Part shown: one piece after another, positions 10,039 through 23,386 of the stretch
How the letters are laid out: every line of letters begins with the position of its first letter
Position numbering within the stretch: the first letter of the stretch is position 1
Assembly (NCBI GenBank): GCA_050084515.1
Contig: CM114271.1
Span: 29,698,001-29,762,000, forward strand
Direction: 5' to 3'
DNA: 64,000 nucleotides
Source of the DNA: Blasia pusilla
Taxonomy: Eukaryota
Made by a program: the position numbers and the translations under genes
The notes under the pieces: model-generated
Told to the model about the DNA's origin: nothing
The model's database searches: none
The model's input: only the letters and a program-made list of their open reading frames with translations

Positions 10039-11189
10039 TCCTCTCAAGTCTTGGTTTAGGTTTGGTTCCGGTTTCCTAATCGCAACCATAAACGCATGAA
10101 ACGCTCAACCTTGTTTGCGTCTCATATCTTGTGTCTCCAACGCAAACCATCCTAGCGTGAGCCCACTAAAGTTCTGATGTTCCGCTTAGCGCTTTTTGGT
10201 TATGAGGGTCGCGACACATAGGCTCTGTCCCTTAGTTTTTTCGGAAAGTATTTTGGTTGTGTGGTGTCTAAAAAAATAGAGTCCTTATATAGTTTGGATT
10301 CAAAATATACATCAATCAAATATAAATTTTTAACTCAAAATTGGATTCTGATCCGATATTTTTATTTGGTATTTTCTTAAAATAGTTTCAGATTAACTTT
10401 TATAAAACTCAAAAAAAAGTAGTGGTTATTGAATCAACTCATTTACCTAAAAATGTAGATCTACCTTTAATTTCTCCAAATTGATAAGACAAAATAACAA
10501 ATCTTTGATTTTTTTTATCTTTCTCAACAAAAAGAAAATTTTCTCTTCTATTAAAAATAAATTTTCAATGAAATAAAAAATCTTGATATTTTTAAAAAAA
10601 AATTATTCCTACTTCTTAAATAATATCTTCCATTTTTTTATACAACCATGTAACACAAATAATAATAATTTAGTCACTTTCTTTTGTCTTAATTCTATTA
10701 GGTCAAACAAATAACTATGAAGAATATCTAAATATAAAATTTTAGATGGAATGGGAAATCACAATAATAGAAAAATAAAAATCTCAATTTAGGATTTCTA
10801 TTTTTTATTTATTCTTAAAAATGGTTTCCAATTATTAGGAATACTAATTATTCTCTTTATATCATGAATTATTAGATAGTAATATCTCAAGTCCATCCAA
10901 TGATGCACGATTTTTTTGTGAGAAAACATAATATGATGAAATCACTAAAATGTATTAGAAATCTTGGAGATACAAAGTGGTCGTCCGTGCGCTCACAGAA
11001 GAGCTTCGATGGAACCTAAAAATGGAGATAATCTGACATACGAGAATACGCGACCGTTGCGGCTCCTAAATTTTTCACTACTCGAGAAACTAGGGTTTTT
11101 TACCTATTTTTCTTCATTTCTATTTATAGAAAATTTTGTCATGGGCTTCAATTTTGGATCCCCGCGTCACATTAGAGTGCCCTGTATCC

Positions 11190-12616
11190 TGATGTAATAT
11201 AGGGTTAGATATCCTAGTAATGCTACTCCGGAAACCACCTATGTAATATTACTATAACTCCTTTGATGTCAAAGTCAGAACCATCAATCTAGACTTCTCC
11301 TCATATAAGGGAGCCGATCAGATAGATGGTGTTGAGAGAAGTGGATTTTGAGAATCCAACACCCCCCCTCAATATCCACTCTCATGTGGACTACTGTCTT
11401 GGACCGATGCCAAGATCCTTCAGATGTCGTTGAAGTTTATCTCCGCTCAAGGCTTTGGTGAAGATATCTGCACGGTTAAGCTCTATTAGACAGTAGACTA
11501 ATTTCAAAACCTCTCTCGCGATTAACTCACGAAAAAATGATATTGGATCTCTATGTGCTTTGTACGAGCATGAAACACACAATTATGTGCTATAGCAATG
11601 CAACTCTGATTGTCACATCACATTACAATAGTACTTTTGGTGCTTCTCCTATGTCCTCCAATATCCATCTCAACCATACTGCTTCACAAAATGCAAGAAG
11701 CTTAACAAGCCGCTTTGTACTCTACCTCGATAGAAGAAAGAGCCACTGTAGGTTGCTTCTTGCTGATCCATGATACCACACTTGAGCCTGCCAAGAAGCA
11801 ATAACCCAAAACAAATCTTGAGAATCTGAGTCTCCTACCCAATCCGAGTCACAAAAGGCTATCATTTCAATCCCTGCTCTAGCTGTAGGTAATGCCATAC
11901 TCGATAGTGCCTTTAATGTACTTCAACACATACATCCCTACCTTCCAATGATTCTCACGAGGCTTAGTTGAGAACCTACTCAACACTCCTACAACAAAGT
12001 TAATGTCTGGTCTTGTGTTGCACACAAATATCAAATTGTCCACAAGCTTTCTGTACAACTTTTCATCTACCAATGGCGAAACATCCTCCATTAAGAATTT
12101 CAACTCTACCTCCATTGGCGAGATCACTACCTTATACTCGGTCATCCCGAATGCCTTCAAGATTTCTCTAGCATACTTTTGCTGAGATAGAAAAATAGAA
12201 TACGACTATTGCGAAATCTCCAAGCCTATAAAGTAGTGCAAAAGACCTAAATCTGACATTTCAAACCAAGATTTCAACACTTCCTTCATTTCCTCTATTT
12301 TCTTACTATGGTCTCCTATGATGATAAGATTATCCACATAAAGGACTATCAACATATACATCCCATCTTCTCAAAACACATACAAATTTGCTTCTGACAG
12401 AGTGTTGATGAGACCCCTCTCTCGGAAGAATGTATCTATATGTTGATATCATACCCCTGGGGCTGGCTTCAACCCATACAATGCTCAATGAAGCAAACAC
12501 ACTTTCTCTTCTGATTCGGGTGTCTCAAAACCTGGTGGTTGAGATACATACACCTCCTCCTTGAGACTCCCGTTCAGAAATGCAGACTTTACAAAGTGGA
12601 TGTTGAGAATCCAACA
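11190..12616 (-). mobile_element. Internally deleted Ty1/Copia remnant (RT-RNaseH fragment, PPT, about 170-bp 3' LTR)
   Basis: VKSAFLNG, YVDNLIIIGD, YRKLVDNLIFVCNTRPDINFVVGVLSRF, ADIFTKAL. PPT GAGGGGGGG precedes TGTTGGATTCTC at 11361. The first 21 nt or so of the LTR recur at 12596-12616. Confidence 0.88.
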
Positions 12617-15600
12617 TTTTCCACGTCCAACGGCTTAAATAATGAAGTTCAACGAGAATCGGTATGTTATTATGTATCAAACTTCTTTTCATGGGATTTG
12701 TATCCGTTTAAAATCAACTTGCTTCACCCAATTTCCTTAAACTATATAAGGACATGTAGGCATATCTAGGATTTACCTGAAGCCAAAAAAAATATCTATA
12801 TGTCATGAGTGTGCAGTCAAGATGAGAGAGGGGAGGAGGAATTGTATGAGGTATGAAAATTAAATGCATATGGCAATAATTATACACTAACGTGTAAAAA
12901 AGGAAAAAGAAATCCACCGAAAGAAACGATTTTCTCTTTATATAAAGAAATGAGTATCTCTCCTTGCGACATAACTATTACATTTTTAGGAAAATGGTCG
13001 CATAGCATGCTTCGAGTGGAATGACCCCGACCCCTATTTAAAGGATCTTTAACAGCCCCAATTTATCAACCCACTAATAAGTTGTACGGGAAATACAAAA
13101 GTGTTGGAAGAGTTTTTCTAGTGTGTATTTCGTGAAGGGAAGGGATTAATGATGTTTCACACAAATTCAAATTTTTTTCCTTGCTGTACGTAGCATGTGA
13201 AAGATTTTCTTGTTGCCCAGTTGCCATGTGTTAAACACATAAGTGTTTGCAAATCAAGAACTTACTCTCCCATAATAATATAGATTAATTGGTAATTTTT
13301 ATTTATGTATCATTTATATAATTTAATAATTTAATATTATCCGGAAGGTTTTTTCCACCTTTGCCATTTGCCTTCCGAATTGGTGCAAGAGGTGAAAGAG
13401 ACCTTCCTTCTCATTTAGTTTAGTTAGATGAAACAAAATTATTAGAGGGGATATGTGTTAAGATCATAGACAACCCAAAAGAATAGGTATCGAATAGAGA
13501 TGTTTGTTCCTTAGACCGTGTTGCTAATTCCAAATTTTTTCTTGTTGCCCATAGTATAGAAAATATTTTCATATTGCCCAATTGCCGCATGTGAAGCAGA
13601 CATGTGTTTGCAACTCAAGAAGGCACTTTCCAATAATAGTATAAATGTCAAATTTTGGAAGGGAAGTCAATGAGAGAAGAATTTGAAAATTGAAGGGGCA
13701 ATGATAATCTAAATTCTTATTGGAAATTTTTTTCCATTTTTCAAACTCTTTGATATTTGGCATTCTCAACTATTAGGATTCTTTGAAATTGAATTAAAAT
13801 GATATTTGATAATTTTAAGAGTTCATTATCATTTTGGAAATTTAAACCTATGAATGGCATGTGCTTTAAAGTATAATTTTCATTTTTTTAAATCTTAAAA
13901 GAATAAAAAAATTCCATATTTAAATAATACCTATCTCCCCTAAATAATTTCACTCCTCCGTAAAATTTTGACCATTAATTATTCTTCCATTCTTTCCACC
14001 AAAATAACATTCACTAAAAATATTCTTAGTTAAATTTAATTAAAAAAATTATTTCCATTGAAATTAATTTTCATTTCCCAAAATATCACATGTAAATTAA
14101 TAATATTATTTTAAATAATTATTCATTTAAAATTTTAGATATAATTTCTATTTTATAAAATCTTTGAAGAGTAATTAAATTTCACTCTTCTAAGTAATGA
14201 CACTCCTCCATTCAAATTTAAATGATATCCCAATCCCTTAAGTAATTTTATCCTTCCATAAAATTTAAACAAAATCTAGTCCTTCTCCATTAAAATTTAT
14301 TTTCCCTTTCCATCAAATACAAATTAACGCAAAAATGATAAAATTTTGGTTACTTATCATAGTTATTTCAATTTATTAATATTTATGACCACCTATTATA
14401 ATATTAAATAAATTATTAAATGATTAATCAAAAAAATTAGTCCACTCAAACCCCTATTGGTTTTCTCTATCCCTTTATATTGCTACCCATCTAATATGGC
14501 TTAAACAAAAAAATTCAAACATGTTGCCTATTTTGTCTTATTATGCATATGGAGTTGCCAATTATTATATAGATTGGATCAAATGAGCAAACTTTGACAC
14601 GAGGGGATCATATAGCTACACTAGAGCATTTAATGCAAGAATTATTCTTATGATAAAATGAAGGAAATTTTAAAAATTTTAGGAGATTATATTGAAAGTT
14701 TTCATTATTCTCTATCTTAAGTATTTCTTCTTGCTCTATCTCTCACATCCCCTAAATAATTCCACTTGCTCACACCTTCAAAGTAGACTTGGGGCTCTAC
14801 GCATAATTTTTTATCTATTTTGTAATGTGCAATTAAGCCATCCACCCCTTCATCCCAAAATACTCCTCAAAGATTTATTGCAAATATTGACTCTTCTTGC
14901 TATATGGACTCTTTTCTTTCACATAGATGTTTTCAATCAAAGAGTTGCAGAATATCTTCCATTCCCTACTTTAGCAAATATTTAAGTCTATGTTTTGCCT
15001 CCTTAGTGATTCTAAATATTTCCCTGAATATGGTCATAAATTTCCTCCAAAATCACATTACCGTGAGTGCCATAGTTGAGTTATTTATGATACATAATGA
15101 TGTGTATATGCACAATAGTTCCCATCTTGAGAAAATGGGATAATTGGAGAATTTTACTACAAGAGAGGGGGTCTTACGAAGCTCAAATTTTGTAATTTAG
15201 CCTTCCAAAACATATTTTTTTGAAATATGAATGTGTATATAATTTGGTATCATTCACAATCTTAATTAGAGGGTGGATTGAGCTTGAAGGAGCTTTTATT
15301 AGAAATATATAAGATTCTATAATAATCCCTTAGGTTTATTATAGAATCTTATGTATATTACATGATTGTATGATTTCTAATGTTAAAATTCATGGTTCTT
15401 TATGATTTAAAAAGTTTTTAATTATGTGTATGTTAGCTAGTACCTATAATGTATGTGGTGTAATAATTTGTGTATGTGCAACGTAGACTTCACATACCAC
15501 AAATTTACCTTAGAGCAATCCCTAAAATATCATGTAATTGTTAACTATTAGACAAAATCATTTTTAATGAAAGAAAAAACATTCCTACAGAATGTAAGAT

Positions 15601-17929
15601 TTGACTCACCCTATATCCACAAGTGTATCACTCTACTGCAAGTACCTATTTGAGATATCAAGGATAAATCGTAAGACTAAAAATAAACTGCAATATCATG
15701 GAAGATGAGATACCCTTAGGACCTAAAACAAATTTTTAAAATGCGAAGGGTTTCACAAAATTTCAACCTGATGGCCCTAGGAAAGTACCAACATTATTAT
15801 GAGATGCTCTTGTAGGGACATTCAAAGTCTTCTCTTGTGTAAGAGTCACATGTGTGGCTCATGAGGGTTTTGAAATTTTCAAACATTTCTTATTTAAAAA
15901 GAAATTAAATGAGTATAAAGAGGACAATAGATGGCCGTTATGGCCGTTGCCCATGATGGGGTACTTAAGGAGGTTCCATGTTCCCACCAATTTTCATTTC
16001 TTTAACTTCATACTAGTGTATACTTGTGCGATGTACTTGTAATTGCGTGTGCAATGCACAAGTAATTTTTAATTAGCTCCCAAAATGTTCTTGAAATTTT
16101 TAATCAACTTAAATGATCCTATTGGCAAAGAGGGCCAGATGTCAACATGAAAGAAGTTAGCAAAATGAAGGGGAAACCTCCAATAACAATATAGATTACG
16201 GAACTTCCATAACCATTATTGAGACCAAAATGGAGGGGTTCTCAAAATACTTTATATTCCTTTAGAAGGGTTTTACAACATCATGATTAGTTGAGTGTAC
16301 ATAGTTTGTACAATGCATATGACATTGATATGGAATGGCTAGGACAAACCATCCATGTTTGCCTTGTCCCACGTTGCAAGTTCTTGGTTTTCTTGCATCT
16401 TGAGAATTGGGGGGCAAGGTAGCCAAGGATGGTATCTCACATCCAAAATCATCTCCTTGCATCCAATATTTTTTAGAACCATAACATGACTATGATTATA
16501 TTTTCTAGAAAATGGAAAAGAGGGTGGGATCTTTAAGTCACCCTATCCTTGGGTTTTGAGGCCAAGAACCCATGTGGGAATTTTACCTCAAAGTCCTATA
16601 TTGGAGCATAAGTACAAGATTTCAATGCAAGAAGAAGAAGAAGCCATGTTCGTTGTTGGGTACCACATATGGGGTTATGCCTTCTAGAAGAGAAAATTTG
16701 TCCATGTTCTCCCTCCCATGGATTGTCGTCTCATCTTTAGAATGAAATAAATAAGGATAGTTCAAATAGTTTGAATTAGTAAAGCAATGTTATAACTTTT
16801 TAAGAGCAACCTATGTTGAAGGTAGAGATTGCTCAAATCTCCCTTCATATGGGAATTATATCGGGTACAAAAATCCCAAAAAAATCATCCTATTGAAACC
16901 TTACTACTATGATTTGATGAATGGTAAATGATTGTGGGATGTTTAATCTTTTTCGAAATTGGGTTACTCAAAACTCCTATTATAGGGAAAAATTAGTGGG
17001 AAACTTTTGTGGTATGATAAAAAATTAAATTAAATTTTATTAAAAAAATAAAAAAATAAAAAATATACCAGTTGAAATAGGAAATAATCCTCTTTCTATC
17101 GCGACGAGAAAGATAATGCGGAATGAAGTACCCATGCACATAAGGTCGTTGAATTTTTTGCACCCAAAACTATTGGACACAAAAAATTACCCATGACCTT
17201 GGATAATCGGACCTATCAATCATGTACAATATCTACATACAACTGATGTTTCTTTTCCTCTTAATCTACCTATCAACGTGAATTCAAATCCCAATGCACC
17301 ATCCAAAGGGATCACATGCAGGCTATCAAGTATATAGGAAAGAATGCTCCGTCTCACTAAGGCAAGGTCGGCGTGCTATGCTATGAGCCTTTTCTTTTTC
17401 CGGGCCAATTACGGCTTTTACTTACTCGACTCTTTGAATCCCCCTCTCTTGTACTTCCAGTGGGTTCCCCATCCTCGTTTTGTTTCATGCTTTCTATCTC
17501 ACATAAGATGTTGTCCCTCCTCCTTTCCAACCCTATAATCATTTTACGAAATAATTTTATTTTATATACAATAAAAACATATACGAAATACTCCACGAGC
17601 ACAAAATCGGACAGCGGATGCCACGGCCCCATCGAAAGTCCCTACGCGAACCCATAAAGAGTCCAACGGACGCGCGTAGAGCACGCAGTCCGGCCCAAAG
17701 GTCCGTCGCGATGACGAACCGGCCGAAACGCACGTAACTTACTCCACCCTTCGCGACTCTCGTCATCTTCACACGCACGGCCCCACCGCGAGAGGCAGAC
17801 AGTCGCCGTTTCCGGGCCCACCGATCCAATTGCTTCCTTCGTTCGTTCGCGCAGAAGCCCGAGCGCGGAGGTGAGCTTCCGCTCCAGCGAGCGAGCGCAG
17901 CTCCGATCCACTGAGCACCAGCAGCCGCC

Positions 17930-20900
17930 ATGAGCGAGGAAGACCAGGTAACGTGATGATCAAAAGCCCGATGTTGCTCGCTCTGTTGTTTCGAGGAAGT
18001 GGCAAGCGGGGCAATCGTCGGGGGATGGCGTGCCGTCTGCTATCTACAAAGCGCTGAAGAGTTGGTAGAGCGAATCCAGAAACCTGCGCTCCGTTGCATT
18101 TTTTACCGCCCCGAGAGAGGTCTCCGCTCCGGGAAACCTTGAGCCAACGCAGCAGTCGGAAGTGAGGAACGGGACGATGCGGAGGAATTCACACTGTATT
18201 AGAATGAGTGAAAGAATTTTCGCAGTCGCGGGAGGGGAAATCCACAGCGAGAGACTTCTCGAACAGGCGCCGCGCGTACGAGATGATGGTGAGCTTGCGT
18301 TCGTTCACAAAGCTGTCGCGCCACAGGCATAGGCTTGCTTACCACCCCTCCAGCTGCAAACTCGTGAATGGAGGGAAGGCACCTTATGCTTATGTCACAA
18401 ACCAAGAATACGCGAGATAGTTATTGCAATCAATTCGCAGAGAACACGGACAACACAATGTGGACATCCACGTGGGAAGCGCGGAGAACCAGATACGAAG
18501 TCCTAACTTTGGTTTCCACGCTCGGCCTTCGATTTGCAGACAACGATGGCAGCTGGGGCAGACATGTCTGCTCCTCCCAGTGCCTCGGCCCACGACATAA
18601 GCACCATGTCCGACCTCCCACCAAAGCGAATGAAAACGAAGATGTGGCCGATGTCCCCCATAGAATCGCTCACTCAGGAGGAGGTCCTGGCCATTGCCAC
18701 CAGGGATCAGACGCCGGTGATGATAGCCGTGATGTCAGGGGACACTAGCGGTGAGCAGTATCTCTGCAGCAACAAGAGAGGTAGACGGAAACGTTCACTA
18801 AACCGGCCGACTTCTCTAGCTAACTAAGATAGCGAACTGGCGGCTATATTTTGCTCCGGCAGTAGAATAAAGAGTGAGTAGATTTGGGGCCTTTTTCAAC
18901 GAAGGAGCGATTTTGGGCCACTTTGCCGATGGTTGTAAGCTTTTTTACGGTTTCCCATAAAAAAAGGGAGTTTGATCATGATTTTTTCTTTTCTTCAATC
19001 GATCAATTAAATCATTTGAGTTTGGAACGAATCACTCCGTCTATTGGTTTTCTCGCCGACCCGAATTAGCATAGGCATTCATTCTTGTCTCTCTATGGGT
19101 GTGGAGCGTCGCGAGATATGAATATAGTTTTCGAAATGGAATCGTAATTTTCTTGTTGTGTAAGTTTTTATTTTGGAACTATTCTCGTTTTCTTTCCATA
19201 TTTCTTCTCCTCCTCGGATCTAATGGAAGGCAAGAAAACGTCCCACGTTCGATGAATCCAGTCCCAATCGTAGCGGCGGCGGCATCTTTCGCAGCGGGAA
19301 ACAGTCGCCCAGAGAAGAGCACCGGGCAAACAACAAATATGGAATGAAAACGTGGTTACCCTAGAAGCAGATCGGCTCCAGTGATAGTAATCAATAGCTT
19401 GGGTGGCAGCGCAGGACAATCATTGTGAGTTGTTTTAAGAGGCGGGAAATGACAGCTAAATCTACAGCGTCACAGATCTCATTCTAGTCTCGTGTGACCA
19501 GGTGCATCGTTGCCACCAGAAATAGCCGCTGAAGGATCGTGGGCGCAGAAATATTATCAGCAAGTTGCAGTTCTCACCAATACCGTGAAAGAGTTGAAAG
19601 AAAGCTTTGAACCTGTTTGGGAACTCGCCAAAGTTCGTGGCTCCCCTCCGTTTACTTCCATGCGAAACTCATTTTCACTGGCGCAATTCAATTTTACTCC
19701 ACATGATGTGACGCGGTGCATTACTCTTGTCGTTTTCCACCAATGGTCTTATTGCAATGACATCTGAAGCCACGTCCTTCATTAAGGATACAAACCTCAA
19801 ATATCTCGTTCTCCGTAGACCAGTCAGTTGTCATGAACATGGAACTGACTTAGTCTAAACATCATCTCGGTCTATGCATGGTATGAGGTGCCTCCTTACC
19901 TCATTGGGACAGTTCCCAGTTTAATTATGGGCTTTTGGATGCATCGCAGAGTCAACAAGCACTGCTTGTTTCGGTGGAGATTTTCGACGGGCTCCTGGCG
20001 GTGGCTGACCAGGGAACGCAGCTGGTCTACAGATCCTGGGATATTGAGGATAGGAAATCGATCATTACCGCGGACTGCTATTTCCGGTGATGCAGCAGCA
20101 TACTGTCTCCTGATTTTAATAAAGGCTTTTCCTAGTCCCATGTATTCGGATGGGGTGAACAAACATGAACTCGTAGTCCAGACTCATCTTACGAATTTGC
20201 TTCCCTGAAGCTTACGGATGGGGATGCTATATGTATGGATCTGAATCGGAACGTCTGTGGTGTGCAGCACATACAAGCAAGCCTCTTACTTCTCAATCTT
20301 GAAGAATCATATGATGGGGAATTTCACGTCATTGGACCCACAAAGGAAGGGATGGGTGGAGGACTTGCTGAGGGCGGGAGAGACTTATCTAGTGCGGCAT
20401 GCCAGTTACAACGGTTTTCGGTGTCCTAATGTAAGTGCCATATCTCCAGAACTTCCTTTTAAACCCTGAACAGCGAGAAAAGCGTTGAATCGGCACAAAA
20501 TTGACACCTTCTGACTGGTTCGCTGGATGAATGAAGGATGTACGGGCGTTGTTTGCAGGCTGTATACCTCTCAAGGGAACTCGAAACAAGTATTCTCATC
20601 CTTTGACGCTCGCAAATCGGTCCTTAGCTTCTGCTGTACTGCAGAGACTGAGAGCCTCTATTCTCTCCGGTGAATTCGAGTTCATGAAGGTAATGCACTC
20701 CACACATACCATCCTTCCAATAAGAAGCCGACCTGGTGACAAGCGTACCTGGTTCCAAAGATTCCAATCCAAAACAAATATGTTTTCTATGTGAAAAAAG
20801 CATTTCCTCGGCCTTCACCGTATATAATATTTCAGTCAGTGTGATTCTCTACGCTAACCAAATCAAAGGGCGATGGCAAAAGTTCAGTTTTCCTACGTAT

Positions 20901-21988
20901 ATTGACCATACTCACCTACGAAATAAGAAAAACGTCTAAAAGGGGATTTGAGCATCGAGAAAAAGAATCAGGGGGACTTACTCTTAATGCGGTTGGATCT
21001 TATAACTTCATTTCAGGGAACAAGGAAACTTCTACTACTGGGAACTGACTACGCGGAAACTGTTCTGGCAACTTATGGCAAAGTTCGGGAGAGGCTCTTT
21101 TTAGAGCCGTACAAAAACCCAAACGCAGTTGGTCAGTCACAGCCCAGTCCTCCAGATTCACCTGACGGATCTCCTCGCCCTAGCCTTCAAATTGGAACAC
21201 AGAGCCCGCAAGACTCCGAGCGTCAATTAAGAACCCCACTGATTCTAACTTTCCCGGATTTGTCCCAAAAGTTTGGACACTCTCAACCATCGACACTTGA
21301 AACTCCATCTTCTTCCCAAGACCAAAATCCTGGAACATCTCAAAGCTCTCAAAGTCCTCAAACTCCAAACTCTTCCCGAGCTCCTCAACAACCACAGCCT
21401 TCTTACCAGAGTCCTCAGACACTCCAAAGCTCTCAGAACTCTCAAATTCCAACCTCTTCCCAAGGTCTTCAGCATTATCAAAATCCCAAAGCATTCCAAG
21501 GGTCTCAAAGCAATCAAACTCCATCATCTTCCCAAGCTGGTCAACACACTCAACTTCCTTATCAAAATCGTAAAACAGTCCCAAACTATCAAAGTTCTCA
21601 AGCTCCATACCAGGTCCGTCCCCCTTCCAATCCCAATCCTAACCCATCTGGAAGCCCTCCAAATTCTCAAATTCCTACCTCTTCTAAAACTCCTCGACCT
21701 TATCAGCAAAATCCAAGACCAACCCAAAGCTATCAAAGTTACAAAAAACGAACATCGTCTCAGGCTCCTCAGCCACCTTCTAAAAGTCCTACATACCAAA
21801 TCACTCAAAGTTCTCAAGGTCCAACCACTTCCCAAACTCCTCAAAATCCTCAGATTCAGCAAAATCCCCAGACAACCCAAAGCTCGGGAAGTTCTCAGAG
21901 TACTCATACCTCCCAATATTCCCCAACCTCCGGGTCTCCTCAAAGTTCAGATTCGGGAGAAAAGAATCCAAAAAGACCTAAAATTTAA
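17930..21988 (+). CDS. Predicted 8-exon gene of unknown function with a long Q/S/P-rich C-terminal tail (about 580 aa)
   Basis: GCCGCCATG start. Phase-compatible GT-AG exons: 17930-17947, 18226-18288, 18540-18750, 19502-19632, 19950-20086, 20268-20430, 20645-20689, 21017-21988. The 5' exons are less certain. Confidence 0.65.
21300..21950 (+). repeat. Degenerate coding tandem repeats (about 21-aa units like QNPxTSQSSQSPQTPxSSQ)
   Basis: Recurrent TCTCAAAG/CCTCAAAC/TCTTCCCAAG units inside the last exon. Confidence 0.7.
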
Positions 21989-23386
21989 ATTACCAGACAA
22001 CAATTGCTCAAAAACGTATCAAAGGAACCTCACCATCCAGATTTTTTAATCAAACCAACAGCTGACTCTTGGCAACAAGCCACGTTCGTGATCTGATCAC
22101 CAGCACACTTCCAGCCCAGGTTGATCATCAGAAAAGCCTCCAGCGGCAAAGGTGACAAGCCATGGCAGACAAGGTACGAATTACTTAGTGTGGAGTCTTA
22201 ACCTCACTGTGTAGCAACAGCCAATTTCCTCAGCCTGGAATCTGGAATCATCTCACATTACAGAGATAGTTGTTATGAGTTGCCTTCTCATTGCTGTTGA
22301 TGGGCAGCTGATCACAAACTAAACACAAATTCAGGCATCAACATTGAATCCTTCTTCCAAATAATTTTCCACTACTTTCGATTGACACTCTGGTGGAATC
22401 TGATCAAACCAGACAAGTAGCTTGTCATTAAGTGCGTTACAACCTTTGGAGCGTTGGATGTGCACACGTTTTGGGTGGCACTGACAAAACTGAATAGCTG
22501 GTACAGTAAGCTTTCATAAAGTTGTATCCTCCATAAAAGGTCTGTAACAGACTAAAAACAAATGCCTCCGAGGAGAACCAGCTTCAAAATCAATGCACCC
22601 TGAGACTTAGTATGCAAGAGGCGGGTATTTCTCCATTTAGCCCTTACTGCTAGGCCAACGACTGTTACCACCAACAACAATAACAGAAGGGCTGATTAAT
22701 CATCTTCGAGTACAAACATGGCAAACGATCACCTGATGAGAGAGCTATGTTTTCTGGAATTATTCTTAAGCTTGTACTCCAATTGCTCTGAGTGAAAATT
22801 GGCCCTTCCGACTGACTTCAAGAATTTGTTTCTCACCAAACAAAACACAAGAACAAAGTACTAATACTGAACATAAATCAGCAGATACACTTACAAAACG
22901 AAGAAATGAACATTCTCTCTGGAAACAAATTGACCAATGGCATTACCACCGAATCCTTGCCACCACAAATGCTCATCACACAGAGCACTGTGCATTGCAT
23001 CAACGACATGATCTTTTCTGTTTTATTACACTGAGCAATGAAATGTCAAAGCTCACTATGAATATGTGGAACAGTATCCCCCTAGAACAGGTTCACCTGT
23101 CTTCTGGTGCTGACCGAACACAGGAGCAGCTTCAAAGAGCCAAACAACATGAAACGCCAATTGAGGTCATCTTTCCGATGCTATTTTACAGGGATTCTAT
23201 GATTGGACAAATTTTCTCATATCCTAATTTCTGAAGACATTCTCTATCTGTAGGCGACTGGCAATTTCTGATCCAGAGAGACATCACAGACAACTCACTG
23301 CTAAAATAGGGCTCCATTTACCCCAGAAAGAGGGATGGCAGGCAACAAAAAGGAGGACAGAAAGAAATCCCCAAGGAAGCTGGCTA

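Noticed and set aside
12620-17400. AT-rich block with scattered short ORFs
   Set aside because: I could not support any coding motif, terminal repeat or regular array; treated as intergenic or decayed TE.
21180-22049. Long overlapping ORFs in other frames and on the opposite strand (258 aa L/K-rich; 142 and 139 aa minus)
   Set aside because: Shadow frames of the low-complexity Q/S/P repeat exon; the biased composition avoids stop codons.
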